Shown one piece after another: positions 17,682-25,703 of a stretch of DNA of 32,000 nt. Positions within the stretch are counted from its first letter, which is position 1; each line of letters starts with the position of its first letter. Origin of the DNA: Sinorhizobium meliloti (GTDB lineage Bacteria; Pseudomonadota; Alphaproteobacteria; Rhizobiales; Rhizobiaceae); assembly GCF_017876815.1 (NCBI RefSeq), contig NZ_JAGIOS010000001.1, positions 90,001 to 122,000 of the forward strand. Reading direction: 5' to 3'. Below the pieces are notes generated by a model that ran no database searches, was not told where the DNA came from, and saw nothing but the letters and a program-made list of their open reading frames with translations. Made by a program: the position numbers and the translations under genes.

Positions 17682-18683
17682 ATGAAGAAGATCGCAGCGG
17701 TTGCGCTCGTCGTCGTCATCGCCATCGTCTGGCTTCTCAATACGTCGCTTCTGGCGCCGCCCCCCTCCGGCAATGCAAAGATCCTCGCCCATCGCGGCAT
17801 CCACCAGGTTTTTCACTCGGAAGGTCTCGACAACGACACCTGCACCGCCGAGCGCATCGAAACGCCGCGCCACAGCTATCTCGAAAATACGATTGCCTCG
17901 ATGCGCGCGGCGATGGAGAGCGGCGCGGACGTCGTCGAGCTCGACGTCCACCTGACACCGGATCGCCAGTTTGCCGTGTTTCACGACTGGACGCTCGACT
18001 GCCGGACGGATGGGAGCGGCGTCACCCAGGAAACCCCGATGTCCGAGCTGAAGACACTGGACATCGGCTACGGCTATACGGCCGACGGCGGCAAGTCCTT
18101 CCCCTTCCGCGGCCAGGGGGCCGGCCAGATGCCGACGCTGACGGAAGTTTTCAAGGCCCTGCCCGAGGGCCGCTTCCTGATCAATTTCAAGAGCGAGCGG
18201 CGGGAGGAAGGAGCGACCCTCGCCGTCCTGCTCCGGTTCCACCCGGAATGGCGCAAACAGGTGTTCGGCGTCTATGGCGGCACTGCTCCGACGCAGGAAA
18301 CGCTCCGGCTGGTTCCGGGGCTCAGAGGCTATGATCGACAATCCACGATCGCCTGCCTTGGCCGCTACGCCGCCTATGGCTGGACCGGCATCGTACCGGA
18401 CGCCTGTCGCGATACGCTGATCATCGTGCCCGGTAATTATGCAAGGTTTCTGTGGGGCTGGCCCGACCGGTTCGCGGCCCGCATGCAGGCCGCCGGCAGC
18501 GAAATCATCCTGCTTGGCCCTTACAGCGGCGGCGATTTCACCTCCGGCATCGACAGCACCGATGATCTCGCCTTCGTTCCCGAGGGCTTCTCCGGCTACG
18601 TATGGACCAACAAGGCGGAAACAATCGCTCCCCTTCTCGGCAAGCGCCCCGGCGCAGCGACCGATCAGGCCAATCGGCAGTAG
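17682..18683 (+). CDS. Glycerophosphodiester phosphodiesterase (GDPD) family protein, membrane-anchored
   Basis: Track ORF 17406..18683. ATG 17682 follows GAGAGGAGG and gives MKKIAAVALVVVIAIVWLL (signal/anchor). GDPD motifs are present (ILAHRGI and ENTIASMRAAMESGADVVELDVHLTPDRQFAVFHD). Confidence 0.85.
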   Translation: MKKIAAVALVVVIAIVWLLNTSLLAPPPSGNAKILAHRGIHQVFHSEGLDNDTCTAERIETPRHSYLENTIASMRAAMESGADVVELDVHLTPDRQFAVFHDWTLDCRTDGSGVTQETPMSELKTLDIGYGYTADGGKSFPFRGQGAGQMPTLTEVFKALPEGRFLINFKSERREEGATLAVLLRFHPEWRKQVFGVYGGTAPTQETLRLVPGLRGYDRQSTIACLGRYAAYGWTGIVPDACRDTLIIVPGNYARFLWGWPDRFAARMQAAGSEIILLGPYSGGDFTSGIDSTDDLAFVPEGFSGYVWTNKAETIAPLLGKRPGAATDQANRQ

Positions 18684-18703
18684 CAGAAGAGCGCAACCTT
18701 TCT

Positions 18704-18739
18704 CTTGCGTGGGTCACCACATGTCGATATATCTCGACA
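18704..18739 (+). promoter_or_regulatory. arsR promoter with overlapping ArsR operator palindrome
   Basis: CTTGCGT (18704-18710), a 17-nt spacer, then TATATC (18728-18733) resembles the rhizobial housekeeping consensus (about CTTGAC-N17-CTATAT). TGTCGATATATCTCGACA (18722-18739) is a 16/18 palindrome covering the -10 element and ending 1 nt before ATG 18741. Confidence 0.5.
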
Positions 18740-18740
18740 A

Positions 18741-19154
18741 ATGGACACAGTTGACACTATCGCCGCCTTCGCCGCTCTCGCTCAGCCGACGCGGCTCGAC
18801 GCTTTCCGGTTCCTGGTCAAGCATGAACCGGACGGACTGCCGGCAGGGGAGATCGCGCGGCTTCTGAACGTTCCGCACAACACCATGTCCACCCACCTCG
18901 CGCAGTTGCAGCGCGCAGGGCTGGTGACAACGCGCCGGCAGAGCCGGTCGATCATCTACCGCGCCGACCTCGACGGATTGCGCCACGTCGTGAGCTTTCT
19001 GCTCAAGGACTGCTGCGCCGGACATCCGGACGTTTGCGCGCCGCTCGTTGCAGATCTCACGCCATGCTGTTCGCCAATGGACAGACCGGCATCCCGCAGC
19101 CATCGCTCCGAAGGCGGCGGAATGGACGGCGAAGCCGCGGATCGGAAGAATTGA
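18741..19154 (+). CDS. arsR: Arsenic-responsive repressor ArsR
   Basis: Track ORF starts at TTG 18705; the first ATG is 18741. The HTH region is GEIARLLNVPHNTMSTHLAQLQRAGLV. A C-terminal cysteine cluster (DCCAGHPDVC, plus CC further on) resembles the C-terminal As(III)-site type of ArsR. It is the first gene of the ars operon. Confidence 0.85.
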   Translation: MDTVDTIAAFAALAQPTRLDAFRFLVKHEPDGLPAGEIARLLNVPHNTMSTHLAQLQRAGLVTTRRQSRSIIYRADLDGLRHVVSFLLKDCCAGHPDVCAPLVADLTPCCSPMDRPASRSHRSEGGGMDGEAADRKN

Positions 19155-19855
19155 TGCAGGAGTTCGACCTGACACGGCGCTGTGTTGCAGAAGCGCTCGG
19201 CACCGGCCTTCTCGTCGCGGCGGTCGTCGGGTCGGGGATCATGGCCGATGCGCTTACCGCCGACGACGCCCTGGCGCTCGTTGCCAACACGATCGCCACC
19301 GGCGCAATCCTCGTCGTCCTGGTCACCATTCTCGGCCCGCTGTCAGGAGCGCATTTCAATCCGGCGGTGTCGCTTGTCTTCGCCCTTTCCGGCAGACTTA
19401 CGCGACGGGACTGCGCCACCTATGTCATCGCGCAAGTGGCCGGCGCGATTGCCGGGACTGCCCTCGCCCACCTGATGTTCGATCTTCCGCCGCTCGACAT
19501 GTCCATGAAGGTGCGCACCGGTCCGGCGCAGTGGCTCTCCGAGGGAGTCGCGGCCTTTGGACTCGTCGCCACCATACTTGCCGGCATCCGTTTCCACCGC
19601 GAGGCCGTGCCCTGGCTCGTGGGTCTCTACATCACTGCCGCCTACTGGTTCACCGCATCCACGTCCTTCGCCAATCCCGCCGTGGCACTGGCGCGGTCGT
19701 TCACAAACACCTTTTCCGGCATCCGCCCGGGCGACCTGCCGGGGTTCGTGATCGCCGAACTGCTCGGGGCCGTCTGCGCGCTCGCGCTGATGCGATGGCT
19801 CTTGCAGCCCGCCCGACCCATCATTCGTCAAACCTCCCCGGAGACCGCTCCATGA
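19154..19855 (+). CDS. aqpS: Aquaglyceroporin (MIP family) of the ars operon
   Basis: Track ORF 19034..19855. ATG 19154 overlaps the arsR TGA (19152-19154). Two NPA boxes are present (HFNPAVS, FANPAVA). 233 aa. Confidence 0.9.
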   Translation: MQEFDLTRRCVAEALGTGLLVAAVVGSGIMADALTADDALALVANTIATGAILVVLVTILGPLSGAHFNPAVSLVFALSGRLTRRDCATYVIAQVAGAIAGTALAHLMFDLPPLDMSMKVRTGPAQWLSEGVAAFGLVATILAGIRFHREAVPWLVGLYITAAYWFTASTSFANPAVALARSFTNTFSGIRPGDLPGFVIAELLGAVCALALMRWLLQPARPIIRQTSPETAP

Positions 19856-20274
19856 CCGTCACCATCTACCATAATCCGGCTTGCGGCACCTCGCGCAACA
19901 CGCTGGCCATGATACGCAATGCCGGCATCGAGCCGACCGTCGTCGAATATCTGAAGAACCCTCCTTCACGCGCCGAGCTTGAGGCGATGATAGCCGCCGC
20001 CGGGCTGACGGTGCGCCAGGCGATCCGCGAAAAAGGCACACCCTTCGCCGAACTCGGCCTCGGAGACCCGTCGCGGAGCGACGAGGAACTGCTCGATGCG
20101 ATGCTCGAGCATCCGATTCTCATCAATCGTCCCTTCGTCGTGGCGCCGCTCGGCACACGACTTTGCCGGCCTTCCGAGGTCGTGCTCGACATTCTGCCCG
20201 ACACCCACAAGGGTCCGTTTTCCAAGGAGGACGGCGAAGCCGTCCTCGACGCCGGAGGCAAGCGCATTGTCTGA
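19852..20274 (+). CDS. arsC: Arsenate reductase, glutaredoxin-coupled type
   Basis: This is the last 140 aa of track ORF 19048..20274. The N terminus [16 protein letters not shown] carries the catalytic-Cys motif. ATG 19852 overlaps the aqpS TGA (an ATGA junction). Confidence 0.92.
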   Translation: MTVTIYHNPACGTSRNTLAMIRNAGIEPTVVEYLKNPPSRAELEAMIAAAGLTVRQAIREKGTPFAELGLGDPSRSDEELLDAMLEHPILINRPFVVAPLGTRLCRPSEVVLDILPDTHKGPFSKEDGEAVLDAGGKRIV

Positions 20275-20992
20275 CGACGATTCGAGCCATGACCTGCCTG
20301 CCGCGAACCTGCAACAGCTGCGGCTGCCGGATAGCGCCAGCCTGCGCCCGGCCTTTTCGACCCACAGGCCACGCATCCTGATCCTCTACGGGTCGCTGCG
20401 GACCGTATCCTACAGCCGCCTTTTGGCCGAGGAGGCCCGGCGTCTGCTCGAATTTTTCGGCGCGGAAGTGAAGGTCTTCGATCCATCCGGTCTGCCGCTT
20501 CCCGACGCGGCGCCGGTGAGCCACCCCAAGGTGCAGGAACTGCGCGAATTGTCGATCTGGTCCGAAGGACAGGTATGGGTGAGCCCGGAGCGGCACGGCG
20601 CGATGACCGGGATCATGAAGGCTCAGATCGACTGGATCCCGCTTTCCACCGGCTCCATCCGGCCGACTCAAGGAAAGACGCTTGCCGTGATGCAGGTTTC
20701 GGGAGGCTCGCAGAGCTTCAATGCGGTGAACCAGATGCGCATTCTCGGCCGTTGGATGCGCATGATCACGATTCCGAACCAGTCATCCGTCGCCAAGGCG
20801 TTCCAGGAATTCGATGCGAACGGCCGCATGAAGCCGTCGAGCTATTACGATCGCGTCGTCGACGTCATGGAAGAGCTGGTGAAATTCACGCTTCTGACGC
20901 GTGACTGCTCCGCTTACCTGACCGACCGTTACAGCGAGCGCAAGGAATCGGCTGCGGGGCTCGAACACCGCGTGACGTTGAAGAGCGTCTGA
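20267..20992 (+). CDS. arsH: ArsH, NADPH-dependent FMN reductase
   Basis: Track ORF 20096..20992. The ArsH core is [22 protein letters not shown] ... [20 protein letters not shown]. The only in-frame ATG (20096) would overlap arsC by about 180 nt. TTG 20267 gives 241 aa and an 8-nt overlap with arsC. Confidence 0.85.
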   Translation: MSDDDSSHDLPAANLQQLRLPDSASLRPAFSTHRPRILILYGSLRTVSYSRLLAEEARRLLEFFGAEVKVFDPSGLPLPDAAPVSHPKVQELRELSIWSEGQVWVSPERHGAMTGIMKAQIDWIPLSTGSIRPTQGKTLAVMQVSGGSQSFNAVNQMRILGRWMRMITIPNQSSVAKAFQEFDANGRMKPSSYYDRVVDVMEELVKFTLLTRDCSAYLTDRYSERKESAAGLEHRVTLKSV

Positions 20993-20997
20993 CGTTC

Positions 20998-21017
20998 CTT
21001 CCCGCTACTTCGGGAAG
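20998..21017. terminator. Hairpin at the convergent arsH/era junction
   Basis: CTTCCCG (20998-21004) - ctactt - CGGGAAG (21011-21017). The loop contains the era stop codon (21005-21007). Only 12 nt separate the two stop codons. Confidence 0.3.
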
Positions 21018-21934
21018 TCGAGCCCCATTTCGCGGAAGCGCTCCGGATCGTCGCCCCAGTTCTCACGCACCTTGACGAACAGGAAGAGGTGCACCGGCTG
21101 CTCGAGGATTTCGGAGATTTCCTTGCGCGCGGCGGTCGAGATCGCCTTGATCGCCTCGCCGCCCTTGCCGAGGGCGATCTTCTTCTGGCTGTCGCGTTCC
21201 ACGTAGATCACCTGTTCGATGCGCACGGAACCGTCCTTGCGCTCCTCCCATTTCTCCGTTTCCACGTGAGATGCATAGGGAAGCTCCTGATGCAGCCGAA
21301 GGAAGAGCTTCTCGCGGGTGATCTCGGCGGCGAGCTGGCGCATCGGCAGATCGGAGATCTGATCCTCGGGATAGTACCATGGACCTTCCGGCAGCGTCTC
21401 GGCGAGATAATCCATCACGTCTTCGCAGCCGGAACCCGTCAGCGCCGAGATCATGAAGGTGCGCTCGAATGCGACCACGTCGTTCGCAGCCGCCGCAAGC
21501 TTCAGCAAATCCTCGCGGCGAACTTGATCGACCTTGTTGAGGACGAGGACCTTCGGCTGATGTACCTCCTTCAGGCCTTCAAGGATCGCCTCCGCGTCAC
21601 CCTTGATCCCACGCTCGCTGTCGATCAGCAGCATGATCAGATCGGCGTCCTTGGCTCCGCCCCAAGCCGTGGTGACCATGGCGCGGTCGAGCCGGCGCCG
21701 CGGCTTGAAGATGCCGGGCGTGTCCATGAAGACGATCTGCGCGCTGCCGTGGATTGCAATGCCGCGGATGATCGCCCGCGTCGTCTGCACCTTGTGGCTG
21801 ACGATCGACACTTTCGCCCCGACAAGGCGATTGACCAGTGTCGACTTGCCGGCATTCGTCGCCCCGATCAGCGCCACGAAGCCCGAGCGCGTCGGCACTG
21901 CGCCGGCGGCCGTATCCTTTTGAGTGTCCGTCAT
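21005..21934 (-). CDS. era: GTPase Era
   Basis: Track ORF 21005..21970 starts at a GTG inside rnc. ATG 21934 lies 8 nt after the rnc stop. The G1 motif is GFVALIGATNAGKSTLVN, and a C-terminal KH domain is present. Confidence 0.92.
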   Translation of the reverse strand: MTDTQKDTAAGAVPTRSGFVALIGATNAGKSTLVNRLVGAKVSIVSHKVQTTRAIIRGIAIHGSAQIVFMDTPGIFKPRRRLDRAMVTTAWGGAKDADLIMLLIDSERGIKGDAEAILEGLKEVHQPKVLVLNKVDQVRREDLLKLAAAANDVVAFERTFMISALTGSGCEDVMDYLAETLPEGPWYYPEDQISDLPMRQLAAEITREKLFLRLHQELPYASHVETEKWEERKDGSVRIEQVIYVERDSQKKIALGKGGEAIKAISTAARKEISEILEQPVHLFLFVKVRENWGDDPERFREMGLDFPK

Positions 21935-21942
21935 GATATCCG

Positions 21943-22659
21943 TCAATTTCCGGCAGAGCGCTTCTGCCACACACCTTCGCGTTCCAGCAATTTCATGGCC
22001 GCGACCTGCTCGGCCCCACGCTTGGAACGATCGACCCCCGTCTCCGGCGCGATCCCGTCGACCTCCACCGTCACGGTGAAGCGCGGATCGTGATCGGGGC
22101 CGGAACGGTCATCCGTCCTGTATTTCGGCGCGACACCGAACTTGGCATGCGCCCATTCCTGCAGTTCCGTCTTGGCGTCCCGCCTGGCGCCGTCTGCGCT
22201 TGCAGCCCGATGCGTCCAATGCTCGAGCACGAAACGTCGCGCCGCATCCAGGCCGCCATCGAGATAGATCGCGGCGATCAGCGACTCTACCACATCGGCG
22301 CGCACATTCATCATGTGCTTGCCCGTGATCTTCTTAACATCCGAGCCGGTACGGATGAATTCATGCAGCGAGAGCTCATCCGCCACCTTGGCGCAGCTCT
22401 CCGCGCTGACGAGCTGGTTCAGGCGCACCGAGAGCTCGCCTTCGTTGGCATCGGTGAAGGTCTGGAACAGGAGTTCCGCGACGCAGAGCCCAAGCACCCG
22501 GTCTCCCAGGAATTCGAGCCGCTGATAGTTGATCGCACGGCCGCTGCGAGCGCTCGAATGCGTCAGCGCCCGGTCGAGACGTTCCTTCTCGGCGAACCGG
22601 TAACCGATCGCGGCCTCGAGCCGCGCCCGGTCCTCCGTGTTCAACGAGCGGCCCTTCAT
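21943..22659 (-). CDS. rnc: Ribonuclease III
   Basis: Track ORF 21943..22707. ATG 22659..22657 overlaps the lepB TGA by 1 nt. The RNase III signature is QRLEFLGDRVLGL, and a C-terminal dsRBD is present. Confidence 0.92.
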   Translation of the reverse strand: MKGRSLNTEDRARLEAAIGYRFAEKERLDRALTHSSARSGRAINYQRLEFLGDRVLGLCVAELLFQTFTDANEGELSVRLNQLVSAESCAKVADELSLHEFIRTGSDVKKITGKHMMNVRADVVESLIAAIYLDGGLDAARRFVLEHWTHRAASADGARRDAKTELQEWAHAKFGVAPKYRTDDRSGPDHDPRFTVTVEVDGIAPETGVDRSKRGAEQVAAMKLLEREGVWQKRSAGN

Positions 22660-23402
22660 CAGTGGACGACCTTGAACAAACGATCGTAACGCAGGTTCGC
22701 CGGCCATTTCCAGATCTGCCGGAACGAGGTGTCGTTGCCGAGCGAGAAGAAGATCAGGCTCGCCCGGCCGACAAGATTTTCAGCCGGCACGAAGCCGACG
22801 TCGAAACGGCTGTCGGCGGAGTTGTCCCGGTTGTCGCCCATCATGAAATAATGACCTTCCGGGACGATGAATTCACGGGTGTTGTCGCCGCGCGAATCCG
22901 GGAACTGGTCGAGCGTGTCGTAGGTCATGCCGTTGTCCATCGTCTCGCGATAGACCGGAACATCGCCGCCCGTGTCGTACTGGTCGTCCGCGCGGAACGT
23001 GCCGTCCGGCACCCGTTCGACCGGCTTGTCGTTGACGTAGAGAACGCTGTTCCTGACCTGGATGCGGTCGCCCGGCAGGCCGACGAGGCGCTTGATGTAG
23101 TCGATGTCGGGATTGGGCGGGAACCGGAAGACGACGATGTCGCCCCGGTCCGGTTCGCTCGCAAAGATCCTGCCGCTGAAAAGGTCCGGCGAGAAGGGCA
23201 GCGAGTATTTCGAATAGCCGTAGGCGAACTTGTTGACGAAGATGTAGTCGCCGACAAGAAGCGTCGGCATCATCGAGCCGGACGGGATCGTGAAGGGCTG
23301 AAAGAAGACGGTGCGGATGACCACGGCGAGGAGCAGCGCCTGGATAATGACCTTGACGTTCTCCCAGAGACCGCTCTGCTTCGCTTCTGTCTTTTCTGCC
23401 AC
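22659..23402 (-). CDS. lepB: Signal peptidase I
   Basis: Track ORF of 247 aa with a GTG start. The catalytic Ser box is IPSGSMMPTL, and the GDNRDNSADSR box is present. Confidence 0.9.
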   Translation of the reverse strand: MAEKTEAKQSGLWENVKVIIQALLLAVVIRTVFFQPFTIPSGSMMPTLLVGDYIFVNKFAYGYSKYSLPFSPDLFSGRIFASEPDRGDIVVFRFPPNPDIDYIKRLVGLPGDRIQVRNSVLYVNDKPVERVPDGTFRADDQYDTGGDVPVYRETMDNGMTYDTLDQFPDSRGDNTREFIVPEGHYFMMGDNRDNSADSRFDVGFVPAENLVGRASLIFFSLGNDTSFRQIWKWPANLRYDRLFKVVH

Positions 23403-23561
23403 GCTCAGTCTTCCTTGTCATCCTGCCCGGGGCACCCGAGCCTAACGCTTCAACGTTCGTCTGCGCCCGAACTCATGCGCACGCCGCCCCGCAACTCGAT
23501 GCTATATGTCGCGGGAATACCGTGCTTCAAGCGACCGCGGGCCGGGCTTTCGGCAAGTGCT

Positions 23562-23981
23562 CTAAACCGTTCCCTCGGCGGGGGCAACCGGGAGTGCTTC
23601 GATAATCACGAAAGCTTGAGCAAGCGGGAAGTCGTCGGTGATGGTCAGATGGATTGCGGCGCGGTGGCCGACCGGCAGCATTTCCTGAAGGCGCGCGGCT
23701 GCGCCGCCGGTCAGTTGCATCGTCGGCTTCCCGCCGGGCAGGTTCACGACGCCCATATCTTTCCAGAACACGCCTTGAGCCAGGCCTGTGCCTAGTGCCT
23801 TGGAACACGCCTCCTTTGCGGCGAAACGCTTGGCATAGGAGGCCGCACGGTTTTTGCGGCCTTCGGATTTGGCGATTTCGATATCGGTGAAGCACCGGTT
23901 GACGAAACGCTCGCCGAAGCGCTGGAGCGAGTTTTCGATGCGCCTGATATCGATGAGATCGCTGCCGATACCGATGATCAT
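23562..23981 (-). CDS. acpS: Holo-[acyl-carrier-protein] synthase
   Basis: Track ORF 23562..24131. The AcpS sequence starts at [16 protein letters not shown] (ATG 23981..23979), giving 139 aa. This ATG overlaps the TGA of the upstream DUF2062 gene (an ATGA junction). Confidence 0.92.
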   Translation of the reverse strand: MIIGIGSDLIDIRRIENSLQRFGERFVNRCFTDIEIAKSEGRKNRAASYAKRFAAKEACSKALGTGLAQGVFWKDMGVVNLPGGKPTMQLTGGAAARLQEMLPVGHRAAIHLTITDDFPLAQAFVIIEALPVAPAEGTV

Positions 23982-24535
23982 GTCGGATGTCCGAATTTGT
24001 GCGAGCGGGCCTGCCGGCGCCGCTCCTGAAAGAGGCGGGCCGTCTGAAAGGCAAGCGGGTAGAATATCAAGGCACCCGCCGCTGAAAGAGGAAGCGAGCC
24101 TATGAGCATCGGCTTGAAGACCGGACCCCAAAGGCTTGCAAGATCGAGATGTTCGACCATCCGCATGATCTCTTGACCGCCGATCACCTGAGCGGCTTGC
24201 GGCTGCGTAATCATCGTGCCGACCTCATAGGAAGCCGTCAGGATGACCGGTATCGTAATGGGATTGGCGAGCAGCGTCGTAATCGCGGCCGCGATCAGAT
24301 TTCCGGAAAACGCCGACGCGAGAAGGACGGCGAGAACGATGTGCAGGCCGAAGAACGGCGTCAATGACGACGCAGCACCCGCCGCCACCCCGACGGCGAT
24401 CGAGTGCGGAGACGAGTTCAGGCGGAGAATTCGAAGGGCAATGTAGCGAGGAGCGCGCGTCAGCCCCTTGCGCGGCCAGAAGAAGGCGCGAAGCCTCTCG
24501 GAGAGTGTGACCGGTTTTCTGCGCCTGAATAACAT
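23978..24535 (-). CDS. DUF2062-type membrane protein
   Basis: Track ORF 23978..24622. The likely start is ATG 24535 ([24 protein letters not shown]). The block [24 protein letters not shown] and three to four TM helices match my recollection of DUF2062. Confidence 0.75.
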   Translation of the reverse strand: MLFRRRKPVTLSERLRAFFWPRKGLTRAPRYIALRILRLNSSPHSIAVGVAAGAASSLTPFFGLHIVLAVLLASAFSGNLIAAAITTLLANPITIPVILTASYEVGTMITQPQAAQVIGGQEIMRMVEHLDLASLWGPVFKPMLIGSLPLSAAGALIFYPLAFQTARLFQERRRQARSHKFGHPT

Positions 24536-24843
24536 TATGCCGTCATGTTCGCATTCAAAGCCGCCCGCCGGCGCAAGACGGACCGTCCGCCTTTCGATGG
24601 GCGCAAGATAGGCGCCACGCACGCCATGTGCAAGCTGCTGCGTGGTTCCTTCAATCCTTGACGGACTGAGTCATGCGGCAGATCAAAACGTCACGGCGAC
24701 CTTTGCGCATCTGACAAGAGGCGCGGCGCCGTAAGGCGCCAGACCGACAGATAAGGCAAGAGAGCTATTCGTAGAACGCATAGCTCAGGCTACCACTGGG
24801 CGCGGCAGCCGTGGCGCGCCTCTCCGGCGCGCCGCATTCGCGA

Positions 24844-24996
24844 TCAGAAGCCCTTCCGGAAAAGGCCGCGGTCGATCTGACGCTGACGGTATTCCAGGTC
24901 GATCCGGTCGACGGAGCCGTTCAGATAGGCGGTCTCGCGCTCTTCAACGCTCGGAATGTGCAGGGCACGGGTGATTTTCTTCAACTGCTTGAACAT
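24844..24996 (-). CDS. Small DUF3563-like protein (50 aa), absent from the ORF track
   Basis: The reverse complement from ATG 24996 reads MFKQLKKITRALHIPSVEERETAYLNGSVDRIDLEYRQRQIDRGLFRKGF, with a stop at 24846..24844. AAAGGGG lies 7 nt upstream. GC3 is about 80% by eye, which is coding-like. The pattern E.AYLN.S.DR.DLE.RQR.IDRG.F matches my recollection of the DUF3563 family. Confidence 0.65.
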   Translation of the reverse strand: MFKQLKKITRALHIPSVEERETAYLNGSVDRIDLEYRQRQIDRGLFRKGF

Positions 24997-25127
24997 GGCA
25001 AACCCCTTTCGTTCACCTCCCGAGGCGAAAGATAGTTCACCAGCCGAACCGCCACCAGTCCCGCGAAGCGGCGGCAGCCATGCGAAAGACGCATGACTGT
25101 CGAGCTCGATGCGACGATCTGCTTATT

Positions 25128-25412
25128 TCAAAGGCAATGTGCCTGAATTCGCGCACGGAATGGAACAAAGACCTTGCCGGCCAGGAACAGTGCGGCACGG
25201 GGCAGGGCCAACAGCTCCAGGCCGGCTTCGGCTATGAACGAATCGAGCGTTTCAATGCGTTCGTATCGCACGCCGAGCTCCGCATAGATCACGTCATTGA
25301 TCAGAAGCGGGCCCTGTAGGCTTGCCGCTTTCAACTGGTCTATCGACCAACCCGCCCAGCTTGCGTCATCGGTAACGAGATCAAGCAGAACGTTTGTGTC
25401 GACCAGCGTCAC
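25128..25412 (-). CDS. vapC: PIN-domain VapC-like toxin, apparently C-terminally truncated (94 aa)
   Basis: Track ORF with a GTG start that overlaps the vapB TGA (a GTGA junction). MTLVDTNVLLDLV and INDVIYAEL supply the first two PIN acidic positions. The ORF ends at ..AGKVFVPFRARIQAHCL, before the region where the distal acidic residues normally lie. Confidence 0.65.
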   Translation of the reverse strand: MTLVDTNVLLDLVTDDASWAGWSIDQLKAASLQGPLLINDVIYAELGVRYERIETLDSFIAEAGLELLALPRAALFLAGKVFVPFRARIQAHCL

Positions 25413-25642
25413 GCATCACCACGCGTCAGCGCCATAATGTCATCCGTGCTGAGGCCCTCGCCGGCATGGCCGCGCAGATTCTGGAAACGGCTGCGGACAG
25501 GTTTGCTGTCGGCCCGCCTGATTTCGACGATGCCGCTGCCGGTGCGGCGGAAGTCAACCTTGCTGCCCGGCTTGATACCAAGCAGTTCGCGCACCGCTTT
25601 CGGTATCGCGACCTGCCCCTTGATCGTAACGGTGGTTGCCAT
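25409..25642 (-). CDS. vapB: AbrB/SpoVT-fold antitoxin (VapB-like), 77 aa
   Basis: This is the C-terminal 77 aa of track ORF 25409..25960. ATG 25642 is preceded by AGGAGG. MATTVTIKGQVAIPKAVRELLGIKPGSKV is a typical SpoVT/AbrB swapped-hairpin N terminus. Confidence 0.75.
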   Translation of the reverse strand: MATTVTIKGQVAIPKAVRELLGIKPGSKVDFRRTGSGIVEIRRADSKPVRSRFQNLRGHAGEGLSTDDIMALTRGDA

Positions 25643-25674
25643 TCCGGCCTCCTGTATTCTGCGGGAGTGTCCCC

Positions 25675-25703
25675 CCTGTTCGAACAGGCGCCCTATTCGA
25701 ACA
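25675..25703. promoter_or_regulatory. Palindrome/direct-repeat operator candidate for vapB
   Basis: CCTGTTCGAACAGG (25675-25688) is a perfect 14-bp palindrome 4 nt after the relA stop. The octamer TTCGAACA occurs again 17 bp away (25696-25703), across the relA stop codon. On the minus strand, TTCGAA-N17-CAGAAT gives a possible -35/-10 upstream of vapB. Confidence 0.4.

Noticed and set aside
17430-18341. 303-aa minus-strand ORF antisense to the GDPD gene
   Set aside because: It is a shadow ORF. The GDPD motifs are on the plus strand.
19048-19851. N-terminal 268 codons of the 408-aa track ORF that ends as arsC
   Set aside because: Only the last 140 aa (from ATG 19852) look like ArsC. The upstream part is an off-frame reading of aqpS (R/P/G-rich), and aqpS itself has two NPA boxes in its own frame.
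21089-23795. Plus-strand ORFs 21089..22093 (334 aa) and 22662..23795 (377 aa) antisense to era/rnc and lepB/acpS
   Set aside because: They are shadows of four well-supported housekeeping genes. They cross gene boundaries and intergenic DNA without interruption.
25036-25127. Search for the missing C-terminal part of the PIN toxin in other frames
   Set aside because: None of the three frames gives a convincing ..LPDF.IGAHA..LLTRD..-type continuation, only short fragments with stops. I therefore describe vapC as truncated or decayed rather than frameshifted.
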